From Microbotryum violaceum (taxonomy: Eukaryota): a DNA stretch of 64,000 nt. This document shows, piece by piece, positions 1 through 17,602 of the stretch; position 1 is the stretch's first letter; each line of letters starts with the position of its first letter. A program made the position numbers and the translations under genes. The notes below the pieces were generated by a model that worked only from the letters and a program-made list of their open reading frames with translations, had not been told where the DNA came from and searched no databases. Where the stretch lies: positions 1,488,001-1,552,000 of the forward strand of contig CDLV01000004.1 of assembly GCA_001244265.2 (NCBI GenBank), given 5' to 3'.

Positions 1-427
1 GGACGCGAAGGCACGGAGCATGCCCTGGAAGGCGGGAGTGGGTCCATCAGGTCCGCCAACAAGGTCTTCCCGCGTGATGAGGGTGGGAACAAGTTGGCGG
101 CGAGTCCGGGAGCCAGCGATGATGTTCTGAGTGTCAATTTCACCGTACTTCCCTGGATTGGGACCAACCTTGGCAACATTGCCGTACTCCCAAGTGGGCT
201 TGACTTTGGCGAGTGGAATTGGTTCCGGTGGTGCTGGTTCCGGAGGACGCTGCAGCAGGTGGATCAAAGAAGTGGCATTGTCGTTGAGCAAAGGCGGCTG
301 GGTGGGTTCGACGAGCACGGGAGGTAACGGCGTTGCCGGAGCGTTGGCAGGTGGAGGACGGGGATAGAAACCCGGAACGGAAGGCGGTGTGACGCGGGTG
401 GGAACGGCAACAAAGGGGAACTCGGTT

Positions 428-2806
<2,379 letters not shown>

Positions 2807-2807
2807 C

Positions 2808-2988
2808 TATTAGAACCTAAAGCCGAGGCACGAGATACGTTTAGTACGAGAGCCGAGGATGATAGTAAAAAGAGTTGGAGAAAGAAGAGAAGCGCAGAGT
2901 AGGAGCGCGCAAGGCGACTAATATCAACAACTAGTAACTAATTGTGATTGGTAATAGAAATGGGATGAAACAGCAATATACACTGACA
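2808..2988 (-). repeat. 5' LTR of Copia element (TG...TA, about 181 bp)
   Basis: Minus strand reads TGTCAGTG...TTCTAATA, followed directly by the PBS. The partner LTR is outside the window, so the outer boundary is unconfirmed. Confidence 0.7.
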
Positions 2989-3261
2989 GTTTCAGGCTGC
3001 TTTCCGAAGCTGCCTCCCCAACATTGGTATCCCTCTATGACACAACATTTCCTTATCTTGGATGTTATACATCTTTACTTTGTAATTAGCCCCGTCTTCA
3101 TTCATGCGCAGACATTCACCTTCTAGACCTGGGGACTCCCTCGTCAAGGAAGCCCCTGACTGCGCAGGAGCTTGATCCCAATCTTGCAGCGAGCATTGTC
3201 ATGAGCCTCTTGACCATCAAGAGGGGACTGAAAAAGGGACCGTTGTTGCGCTTAAACGATG

Positions 3262-3370
3262 CCTTACTGAACAGCCTTATAAGTTGCCTCTGAGTAGCTA
3301 GAACTGCAGAGTTCTAGTTACGACTTGCTTTTAGCCTAGTGGTCAAGAACAACAGATTGTATTGTATGCA
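3262..3370. repeat. About 110-bp dispersed repeat with internal hairpin; inverted copy at 57704-57812
   Basis: CCTTACTGAACAGCC...AGCTAGAACT-GCAG-AGTTCTAGTT...TATGCA matches the reverse complement of 57704-57812 with scattered mismatches. Confidence 0.8.
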
Positions 3371-3871
3371 TGTCAGAAGCGAAAACCTTACAGGGGGGGG
3401 AGGGGGCAGGGTGGTCTTTCCTAGGTAGATCATCCGGGGAAGATCTTGTCAGGGAGATTTTTGCTAGATGTATGTTGTGTGTTGGCTGGGTCGGGTCATG
3501 GTGTATTGCCACGCGCCATTGTGGTACACGGGATCCCAAAGTTGTCGTCATTTCATGATATTGTCAGAGTCAACAGCGGTTATGGAGCATTGGTGATTGT
3601 ACCTACCTTCTTTAAACGTTCGAAGACACGGGATTGACAAGGCCACGAACGGCAAGGTCAAGGACCGCGGCAGCGGCGAACGTTTTTATCGCACGGTGGC
3701 AGTAGCAACATCTTATCGAGGGGCGCTTAGAGCTACTGCATGGCTTCGGTGTTTCATCAAATTACTACAACAAGCTCTCCTTGATCGGAAAGCATGACAA
3801 AGCGCCGCCCCCAATGGGCGAAGAAGCGGCGACGGCAGCCTGAAGGACAAAATGGAGGTGAACCATGAGCG

Positions 3872-4086
3872 AATAAGAGACTGGAGAGCATGTAATCCAA
3901 CCGTCAGTTAATTGCAACGAAAGTGGCTGTGAAGCTAAACATGCGTACCTGACGAGCGTGTAATCCAACCGTGGAGAGAAGACAACAGTTGGTGCGCATC
4001 ATCAGGCTTCACTAAACAGGCGAGCGCTTCTAAACAGATTACCAATGAACACGCCATTCCTAGCCCTCATTCCCAACACACCAACT
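3872..4086 (-). repeat. 3' LTR (AGT...ATT)
   Basis: Direct repeat of 7909-8123, preceded on the minus strand by PPT GAAGGGG-TG. Confidence 0.93.
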
Positions 4087-7843
<3,757 letters not shown>

Positions 7844-7908
7844 CTTGGATATGCGCTGCGTCTTTTCTGCGTGCGGATCTGTGCCTTGCGGCAATACAGA
7901 CGCTACCA

Positions 7909-8123
7909 AATAAGAGACTGACGAGCGTGTAATCCAACCGTCGGTTAATTGCAACGAAAGTGGCTGTGAAGCTAAACATGCGTACCTGACGAGCGTGTAA
8001 TTCAACTGTGGAGAGAAGACAACGGTTGGTGCGCATCGTCAGGCTTCACTAAACAGGCGAGCGCTTCTAAACAGATTACCAATGAACGCGCCATTCCTAG
8101 CCCTCATTCCCAACACACCAACT
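7909..8123 (-). repeat. 5' LTR (AGT...ATT), followed by tRNA-iMet-type PBS
   Basis: Direct repeat of 3872-4086. TGGTAGCG follows immediately on the minus strand (7901-7908). Confidence 0.93.
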
Positions 8124-8903
8124 GAGCGTACTCCTCTTTCTTTGCGCCTCGGTGTCTCGGTTAACGGCGAGGAAAAGGGCGGCAGTGCAGGCGGAAGGAC
8201 GGACCGAACGGACGGACGGGATGATGAAGTGAGAGATGGGCGACTAAATGAGTCGCCCAGAAGGAAGGCGGCTAAGTGAGCGGATGAGGCGGTGACGGAA
8301 GGGGAGCGATGAGGAGGAGCCGGTTTGATCCAGCAGGGCGTCTTGTAGGGTTAGTTTGCATCTTGTTCTCAGGGAAGACCAATTCTAGGAACTAATACAG
8401 CATATTTTCCGAGTCTCACTTTCTACATGTTTCGAGTCTCGTTCGGCATCGTTCTCCAGTCTCCAGTCTCGGCATGTCAATCTCGTTCTCAACATCGTTC
8501 TCGGCTCTACCCCCGTCTCTGCGCTCCGCAGCTCTCCCCTGTCTCTCGTCTCTCTCTTTGGGTCTTTCGGCGGCCCTTAGTCACCTCTCGTGCCCTTTCT
8601 TTTCATATCACCCGCTTTCTTATACCATACCATGCCTCAACTGAGTTCGGCATCGGCGGGACACCATCGCCCGAGTTTCGGCAATGGCAACCGCGCTAGC
8701 ACTGCTCTAACGACCGTCCGGTCTCACGCGGTCATCATGCTGACAGCCTCCTCCCGCGACCCAGACGAGACAGAGCTCCGCTTCGTTTCCTAAGAATGAG
8801 ATAGGCATTTGGTAGGTACCGCTTCGTGGATTGTTGATAGTACAAGGCAAATGAACGAACTCGACAGATCGCCCGGGTTTGTGTGACGTGTGATGGAAGG
8901 GCT

Positions 8904-9055
8904 CATCAGCAACTTTGCCACTCGCGCTTGGTGCAATTTGGCGCACCGGAGATTATAGAAAATGAGCTAAATGTCACTAAAAGTGCGCTTTTGGCACTAA
9001 AATGCGCTAAATCGCACTAAATCGCACTAAAGCGCGAGTGGCAAAGTTGCTGATG
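8904..9055. mobile_element. 152-bp MITE (CATCAG... TIR family), copy 1
   Basis: 26-bp TIR CATCAGCAACTTTGCCACTCGCGCTT and internal GCACTAAA repeats. Near-identical copy at 37934-38085. Confidence 0.92.
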
Positions 9056-9106
9056 TCAGGGAGCCCTAGTATTCAGTCGGCCCGGGACGCCGATCTTTTG
9101 GTTCAG

Positions 9107-9494
9107 GGGCGAGCAAGTGGCGGTGAAGTATCACTGCAGCCACCCTTCAAAGGCCCTGGGTATGTCAGGCTCCGTTAGTTGGCATACAAGGTTGACTGTG
9201 TCCCATTAATTAGGTATAACCGATGGGAGAAAAGCCAAGACCCGTTTAGACTGGACACACACCGAACTGCCATCTGCCGCTGAGGCTGCGGATTCGAGGA
9301 ATCGCGCGACCTCACGCTCACTCATCCTGGCTCACGCACCACATAGGAGAGTAATGCAAACGCTAGCATCGCCTTTGGGCGCAGTTTTAGCTCCTTGGAT
9401 TCTCTGACCACCAGTCAGCACCTAGATAAAAGAAAGCTTAAAGTACCTACCTCTTGAGTTGATCACATACGTTTCACGGCCCACTTGCTCGCCC
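9107..9494. mobile_element. Possible MITE with GGGCGAGCAAGTGG terminal inverted repeat
   Basis: 14-bp perfect inverted repeat extending imperfectly to about 28 bp. No clean TSD seen. Confidence 0.45.
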
Positions 9495-9703
9495 TCGGAT
9501 CACTGGTCAACCGCTTCACGATAGCCCTCACTAGTGGGGCCAGACTGTGCTGTGGGCCACCACCAGGTACGAAGTACTGGCATCAAGAAAGATAGTCTTT
9601 GGCATCGAATCCAACCCTTGAGATACTTTACACACCGAGTTGTTTCTGAGAAATACCATAAACAAAACCCTCAGAATAACCTCGGTGACCCGAAGCTCTG
9701 TTC

Positions 9704-10657
9704 TCAGACGACGCCTTCGCCTAATCGTTCCTTGGGTGCCTGCGTCGTATGAAGCGTATAAGAATGCAAAATCGTCAGCTCAGGGTTTTTCTTATGGAAA
9801 GGAGTGCTTATCAGCCTTTGTGTAGACTCACGGATTCGAGTACGGATGGTTTGTCGATGAAGTCGGGGAGTTCGGCCGTCACGTTCGATGGTTGGAGGTA
9901 CGACGGGATCGCTTCCTCCTCTTCGAATTCGTCACCCAGTGCATCCAGTTCTATCCACGTTGAAGGAGAGAATGTCAGAGTGCGGGAAGGACGAAGGTTG
10001 TAGGGTATCGTACGGACCTGCTTCGAGATCAGCTTCGTCTACTTCGTCCGGTACGCCGTAGGTCCGTGACATGGACTCTTGTACCTCGTTCGCTTGTTCG
10101 ATCAGGTCTTCCATCTCGAAACGCATTTGCTGTGGGAGGGAAAAGGATGCATCGGTGTAAGGGTCGACTGACACTCATTCGATCGACGGATCGAGGAAAA
10201 CCGACCTCGATCTTTTCAACGTCCAATTTGCCGTACTCTTTCCTCAACTGCTTGTTGGCGGACTTCATCGCGTCGACGGTTGCCATCGTATTTCGTAAGT
10301 TTTCGGTTGTAAGCGAGGCTTGCTCCATGTTGAAATTCTGTTGTTGAAGTTGGCCAATCTGGGCTTCGTAGAGTTTCTTTTGCTTGAGGACTCGTAAAGC
10401 CCTTTGTTGTACCGCGGACTGAATGAATGGGAACGATCAGCGAATCAAAGGCGGGTAGAGCGCCATGCTCAAGCGTCGCTGCTCACTTTGCCCGCGCCTT
10501 CTTTCATCTTCCTCATCTGATCCCTGTACTTTGTCAGCTCGGCATCGAGCTTGCGGATCTTGACCTCGATGGAGTCGATGCGCAAGTCCGTTGAGGCGAT
10601 CGCGTCCGAGAGGGAGGGTTTGGGTTTCGAGGACGAGGCGCCAAAGAGGCGGTTCAT
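9704..10657 (-). CDS. VPS60: ESCRT-III Snf7-family protein Vps60/CHMP5, multi-exon
   Basis: Spliced reading MNRLFG...KPSLSDAI...RALRVLKQKKLYE...QQNFNMEQ...NEVQESMSRTYGVPDEVDEADLEAELDAL...GVV*, with GT-AG introns. Confidence 0.93.
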
Positions 10658-10802
10658 GATGGGGGATCGAGGCTGGGGAAAGTGGCAGGGGGGAAGAGGG
10701 GAGGAGGGAAGAGGGGAGGAGGGTGCAGGGGGGAAGCAAGTGGGGCGGCAAATAGGCGGGAACGACGGAGGCGAGAGGAGGTGGGGAGAGGTGGGGTGTC
10801 AG

Positions 10803-12000
10803 CAGGGTTCCCCATTAGATGAGATGATCTCGCAGATATTAGATATCTATTCGGGCTCTGGCCCTTATCTATCTATCTCCCATCTTAGTCAGATATCTAA
10901 GATATATGCCTAGATATCTAATAGCTAAGTGGGTTAAGATGAGATATAGATAGATATCTTAGGAGATAAGATGCCAGATATCTTCGCTTGGAGGCGGTCG
11001 ATTGGGACTCGTGGGAGCCTGTTGGGTGGCCAGTACCACAATTTAAGTATCACAAAATGTGGATGAACAGGCAAAGCTGGCTTTATGTTCACTGTTTTCT
11101 GATTCTCTTGTATTGATAAGTGCTAGGAAGACGAATTATTGCTTGGTCAAGCGGGAGAATGCATTGACTCGGAGGCCGATCGTTGTGCTAATCAGTGTCG
11201 TCAGAGTCGTCCGAAATCTCCACCTCCGCTGGGAACGACCGCCATGACGTCTTTGACTTTACTTTCTCAGCTGAACTAGCTAGCTTGCCAACGATCATTT
11301 GCAGAGCCTCCTCTCAGTCGAGAGTAGTAAGTCTGTGCCTCTTCGTTGGTGGCGAATTTTGTACTCGCAAGCTCCTCCTCAGCCGTGGGGAGGTCCGACT
11401 CCAAGCTGCTTTAGCAAAGACTATCGATTACTAGTATAGTCGTTCGGCGAGATGTGAGAGTGCGAGTGTGCGACGAAAGAAGAGAAAACGGCGCGGGTAC
11501 ATTGCGAAGTTCCCCAAATGTCGCAATTGCACCTCCTTTCTTTGTGTGATTTGTGTGATTAGTTGATGAAGCACCCTCTGGCAGCAAAAACGTCTGAAGG
11601 CCTCAGCTCCCAAATTGGCCCGTCGGCAAGCCGTGCCGCCTCACCCGCGGTCAGCGCTTGGGCCAAACCATGCGGCACAAACATGGGCATTGAGCCGAAT
11701 ACGATTTGAAATTGGATGTCCTCGCTAGCTCCTTAGGGAGCAAGAACCGCCTTAAGGGAAACTACACCTTCCAGCGCAACAGGAGTCTACAGCTTCCTTA
11801 AGTTCTTCAGAGAAGTATAATTTGAAGTTAACTCTTTTGCTGTACCAGACACAAAAAAAGTTGAGATATCTAAAGATATCTAAGGAAACCCCCGGGGCTT
11901 TATCTATCTATCTAAGATATTTGGCCCCTAGATCAGATGTCATCTATATCTTAGCGAGATGTGCTAAGATAGATATCTAGACATCTAATGGGGAACCCTG
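10803..12000. mobile_element. Non-autonomous hAT-like DNA transposon (1198 bp)
   Basis: 19-bp TIR CAGGGTTCCCCATTAGATG; 8-bp TSD GGTGTCAG at 10795-10802 and 12001-12008; subterminal AGATAT/ATATCT repeats. Confidence 0.93.
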
Positions 12001-12601
12001 GGTGTCAGCGCAGAGTGCGGGTGTGGGAAAATAGCCTCTGTGTACGGTTTTCTTACTTGCTATCAACACTGTGCGTGGATCGATCGATCGGCAGTCGTAC
12101 GCAGAGAGGCGTGTGGGTGGGGACGAGCGTGACCGGTGCCAGCTTACAAGTGGGTGAGATTGACGAGCTTCGAGTCTAATAGTAGCGGTTGGTTTTTGTG
12201 GTATGGCCGATTCGAATAAGCTGTCGGGTGATGTTGCGACCACATGCGGGTGGGGGCAGAACCCAAGAAACGAAAGACGAATGACTCGGAATGTCTCGAG
12301 CGACGATCACAAATCAGTCACGAGCGATGACGTGTTTCGTCTTGCCTCGTCGCCATTTCATTCAGCTCCTCTCCGCTCTGTCCAGTCTCTCCTCGCCCCC
12401 GGGAAACCTCAACTACCTCGATCCCCTCACGTCAGTTTCCGAGGAAACTTGTCTTGCCACCTCGCATCCCGCTCAGTAGCAAAAGACGTCGCCGAGTGAT
12501 CCCCAGTTTGACCTCGACGCGAGCTCAATCGCCCGAACCGTTCACCGACGCGTTCTCATCTGTGCCTCGTCTCCATGCTCTGATCGAGTCATACACCGAC
12601 C

Positions 12602-14843
12602 ATGTCCTCCTCCGAATCGTCGCGCCCCACACCATACGCACCCACTGCGACCCCTTCCCGCCCTTCTCGAACCCGGGAAAGCTCCTCCTCGACCCATCTC
12701 ACGCGCCAGAAATCGTCCCACGTGCTGCTCCAAACCCCGGCTCCTGCTCGAACAACGACGACCTCGTCCTCGGGTAAGACATCGACCCCGGCCGGTGGGC
12801 CCGTGACGTCCGCTTCCTTCTCCCCTGCGTACCAAACTTCGATCAGGTCAAGGCATTCCCTCTACGGCATCGAGGACCGCATCGTACTCGACCTCGGCTC
12901 ACGAATTTGGAAACTCGGTTTCAGTGGCGAACCTCGTCCGAGGGTTTGTCTCGATGTGACCAGTCTTGTTGAAGAAGAAGGCGAGACGGCCAATGAAGAG
13001 GCAGGGGGTTTGTTGTGGGCTCTGGAAGGGTATCAGGTCGATGAGACGAGGGAACGGATTAGGTACGAGAGGCTCAAGAAGGGGTTGAGGAGGATTTGGT
13101 ACACGTACGCTCCCCACCTTTTTCGTGGTGCTTTTCGTCGGAGAGTTTAGTCATATTTTTTCCTCTTTTGTTGCAGTAACTTGATGACCGACCCGAAACA
13201 ACGCAAGATCATCATCAGCGAGAACCCACTGCTCTCGACTCAGGTCAAGTACATGATCGCCAAAGTGCTCTTTGAGAACCTCCAGGTCAGTAGTCTCGAT
13301 CTTTTCAGCAAGGTCAATACCTGAACGCAAATGACTCATTGTGACTCTATCATAGGTCCCGTCCATCACTTTTGCGTCTGCACCCGTCTTGGCGCTCTTG
13401 GCAACGGGGAACGTAACCGGACTCGTCGTCGACTGCGGTCATCTCGAAACGACCGTTTTACCCGTGCGTTCCACTTCCCTACCTTCCCTTCCCTCCACCC
13501 CCCCCCCCTCTTCTCTCTCGAACTTACATCGTCCCCCTCCCACCCCTCCAGGTCTTCGCCTCCCGACCCTTATTTCCCTCCCTACTGTCCACCCCGCGTG
13601 CCTCCTCCCTTCTTAACGCCCGACTCAAAGCGCTCCTCCTCGAATTCGCTTCTTACGCACCCCCACCTACTTCGTTCAATTCCTCTACGCCACCGACGAT
13701 AGGGAGGGTACCGGAATGTATACTGAGTGAGCAAGTGGTGGAGGAGGTCAAGAATAGGTGTTGTTTCGTTGGGAAGAGGGTGGAGGAGGAGGGGCACGAA
13801 GAGGAGATAGAGGAACGCGAACGTCCTGATCTTGAAGGGTTGGCACTCCAAAAGATGGAAAAGAGGTTCGCGAAACGGACGAAGGCGACGACTTTATCCT
13901 GGAGGTTACCCGTCAGTACAGCCAAAGCAGGTCGGACGACGAGTACCACACCGGGTACTTTGACGGGTCAAGGGTGGTTATTGATCCCCGGGTGGGTGAG
14001 GGAGCGTGCAGCGGAAATCATCTTCGAAAGTGGGGACGGGGGCGAGGATGAAAGAAGTTTACAAGAGGTCGTTTTGGAGGCTTTGTTGAAGGTCAGTGCA
14101 AAGGACGACCTGTCTGGCCAAATTGGAGGGACTGATCTTCTTTTTCTTACCCTTGCCTTGGCCTGTGTCTTTCTCCTCAGTTACCGATCGACTTGAGAAG
14201 GCCGTTGGCGCGGTCGATTCTATGCACGGGAGGTACGACAATGTTACCTGGCTTTATACCACGACTTAGGCACGAGATCGATGAAGTGTTGAGGCTTTCG
14301 CAAACGGCACCTCTGGGGTCCAAGCCGGTTACCCAGGGAAAAGATTCGGCGACGAGACGAGCGTATCGAGCGAGGTTGGACAAGCTACGAACGACACCGA
14401 GGTATGCGTCGTTGACACCGCTGAGGAACCAGATTTCCATCCTCAACGATTCTTCCAACTCGTTCAACAACACCGAGACCGCAGAGGATGGGGAGGGACC
14501 AAGAAGATTGGGTCCTCGATCGGGAAGTGCTCCTGCTTGGAGCGCAAGTCTGTTGAATTGGGTCGGGGGTAGTCTGGCGGGATGCTTGAAGTTGGGGGGT
14601 GTGGAGGAGGTCAAGAGGGAGGGGTGGGACGAAAGACAGATCGAACGGGAGAAGGGGAAGGAGGGGTCTGAGAGGGCGGAGGTAGGGGTGCAGCTCGGGG
14701 AGGAGGCAGAAGAGGAAGAGAGGATGGCGAGGGGTACGGCTCCGCTTGGACCGACGCTGGGGATGGGCGCGGTGGTGAACAAGGTGGAGGAGGGGAGTGA
14801 GGGGCGGTCGAGGGTCAGCCAATGGGTTGGTTTGGAGGCTTGA
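12602..14843 (+). CDS. ARP10: Actin-related protein, dynactin Arp10/Arp11-like, multi-exon
   Basis: Actin-fold motifs IVLDLGSRIWKLGFSGE, IIISENPL, GLVVDCGHLETTVLPV, LPIDLRRPLARSILCTGGTTMLPGF and WVGGSL. Introns restore frame. Confidence 0.85.
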
Positions 14844-15005
14844 TGGCCTCTTCCGGGACTCGGGGACAGTATCTCGCAGTAGAAGATGTGATTTTTGTTA
14901 CAACATACAATATTAATACCCGCATAGCAATCACAAAATACACCAGACAACACTCCGGATCCCTCCTTTCTCCAGCCTAGGTTTCTCAATCGTCGAGCCA
15001 TGTCT

Positions 15006-15929
15006 TCAGGTGACAACCTTGAGCGCTACGGCGGAAATGACGAGTTCATCCAGGGCTTTTGAAGAGGTTCGAGGATTGTTGGAAGCCTGAGCTTTGAGTA
15101 GAAGGGGGTCTTGGTTGAGTTTGTAGAGCTTTGGGAGCGGAGAGGCGCAGACGGGGAGCAAACGTCAAAAAAACGAAGGGTATCGTAAACGAGGTCAGTT
15201 CGGTGCTTTAGAGAGTGGTCGCACAGAGTGCAATAGAACAGCTTGGCCACGAAAGGGGATTATGACCCTACCTTCCTCAGACTCTTCTCATTCACGAAAC
15301 TTCCTTCATGCCCACCCAGTTGATCCAAGCTGAGCAAACTCCCGCCATCTACCAACGCTTGCATCCTTTCCAATACTCGTTTGCCCGCCTCGTTGATGGA
15401 ATTGAGGGATTCGGCGGGAATGGAAGTGACGTGGACTAGGCAGAGGTGTTGGGTCGTGTTCGAGAGGCCAAAATGTTTCAACGAGTCGGAGATCTGCCGG
15501 GGGAAGAAGATGAACTCAGGGCATCAAGAAACCGAACGAAGACGGACTGTGTGTACGTACATTTGTTCCAGGTTCGAGGGAATAGAGTATCTCGGAATGG
15601 ATCGTATGAGTTCTTACGGTGCCATTCGAGCGACTGAGCAACGCTTGCGAGACTGCCGTCAGGAGATGCAGGCGAGAAGTCAACTGGAGGGCAGAGCGGC
15701 GCGGCATCAGCTCCGTGTACAGCTTCATGTGGAACGACCGGGTCGGTGCACTGACCATGGAAGCATCGAGGAATGCAAAGTCGACGGCTTGGCGTTCGCT
15801 CGTACCGTGTTCGTCATCGGGTAAGGTCGACGCAGCGACGAGGCGTTGACGCAGATAGGAGGCGTTGCGGAGGGAGAAGAGTGCGTAGTGCACGACCACA
15901 TTGTCATGTGAGAGTAGGATGGTTTCCAT
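15006..15929 (-). CDS. CGI121: EKC/KEOPS complex subunit Cgi121 (TPRKB), multi-exon
   Basis: DFAFLDASM..TSRLHLLTAVSQA..RTHTIHSEILYSLEPGTNISDSLKHFGLS..; last exon LYKLNQ..VISAVALKVVT*. Confidence 0.88.
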
Positions 15930-16011
15930 TACTGAACTGGGTAGGCCGGGGCAGAGTGAAGCGAGGCGGGAGCCAGTTCGTGGTGAGCTGCAGCTTCCAG
16001 GGGAGCTCAGG

Positions 16012-17473
16012 AGGACCCCAGAAAGCCCAGCCAGAGGCGCATGTGGAAAAACGCCTTTTTTTGGCCTTTTTGTCAAAGTTTTTTTTACCCTATTTTGGCC
16101 CCCAAAATGTCAAAATCTCACATGCGCCTCGGAAAAATTATCAAAATGTGTTCTACATGCTCCAAAAATCGCTCGAAAATCCTCGAAAACGCGCTCCGAG
16201 CGTTTGCGGGCGCGCGGCGGCCGATCGAACGTAGCTTGTGGCGCGCGTCGTTTCGGCTGGTGTCGCGCGCGGCTCCAGGCATCAAGAGGGCCTTCCTTGC
16301 ATTACTGGCGGGCTCGCTACTTCGTTGTCAGACTTACGTTTTCCTGAACTTGAGCCCTTGGTATCCGCGGTGGCAGTTGTGCGGCTTGTAGAGATTCTAC
16401 CGGCGGCATCTCGCGGCCCGGGCACGCTCCGAAGCGCGGCAATCTTTGCTCGGCATGTGTGCACGTGCTGATTATGCGCTCGTCGGGGTAACATGAGGTA
16501 AGATCCCTGTGGGACAGTACGTAATCGTTGGCGGGCCTAATGACTCGATGACCTGTCGAATCAATCATGCAGAACGGCACAGTGCCATCAATGTGAGTGA
16601 AATAGCATGCTTTCTCGATGAGGCGAAGCTCCTATGGACAGCGTTTCTTCTCCATCCGCAGCTGCATGCCACGCACGAGGCCAAAGCAGATCAGAGATCC
16701 GATCTCCAATGGTGTGGCAGTGGTTTCAACTCCGTCTAGCAATCCAAAATGACGATAGCGTTGTGCTAGCGTTCCGTACTGCTTATCGACGCGACGGCCA
16801 ACGGTCGATATCCATTCTTGCGTGCGTTGATCAGAGCATCGGTGGCGAGAAACGCGTCTCTGGTCTGGAGTGTCGGGTAGGGTAGGTCAATTACTGGGTG
16901 GGCTTGTCCTTGGACAACTCGGTGCGAAGAGATGCGTCGGCGGGAGCAACATGATACATCGAAGGCGAGGAGCTCGGCGATTGTCATGTTGATGAGCGGC
17001 GATACTCGATCGAAGTCATCGTCTGTTCAAATAGCAGTCCTGGTCTTCGTCGAGAAATAAGCATGGAATCATGTTGTCGTGCTATGCTTCAATGTCAGAA
17101 CGAAGTGAAGTGGAACGGAACCGGCGCCGCTTCAATCACAGTGGGAACTATTGGTATCTAATCCACAGCAGCCACTGCACTAACAAAGTGATCACAAAAA
17201 TGACTAGTGACCTGTACAAGCGCGAGCATTGCGACGCGCGTCTCGAAGTGAAGGCGAACGGGCCCAAAGTCATGCCGTAGGCTGCTCAGGGTAGGCCAAA
17301 ATTGCGTCGACCCACGGGAAAAATGTCAAAATCTGCAAAGGCGCCTCGGGGGCAAAACCGGCGCTTCGTCCCAAAATGTCAAATTTTTGCAATGCGCCTC
17401 GACAATTTTCAGGATTTTGGGTCCTCAAAATGTCAAAAAAAAATGCGCCTCCGGCTGGGCTTTCTGGGGTCCT
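16012..17473 (-). mobile_element. Internally deleted relative of the 35884-56249 TIR transposon (1462 bp)
   Basis: TIR AGGACCCCAGAAAGCCCAGCC(A/G)GAGGCGCAT; 8-bp TSD AGCTCAGG at 16004-16011 and 17474-17481. Minus-strand remnants PLEIGSLICFGLVRG, GEETLSIG and THIDGT match the large element's C-terminus (PLKIGSLVCFGLKRG, GEEQLSIG, THMIDGT). Confidence 0.92.
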
Positions 17474-17602
17474 AGCTCAGGGAACGGTTCAGCATCACGT
17501 GATCGTGTGTCAAACAAACGCCCCACGTCGCGACGCATGGTCGCGCTTTGTCTTCTCTCATCACCTCCAATCGCGGCCACCCTCACGGAGACTCGCGGTA
17601 GG

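Noticed and set aside
3296..3340. Helitron 3' end (hairpin plus CTAG-T)
   Set aside because: Similarity to the second copy continues about 30 bp beyond the CTRR, so it is not clearly a terminus.
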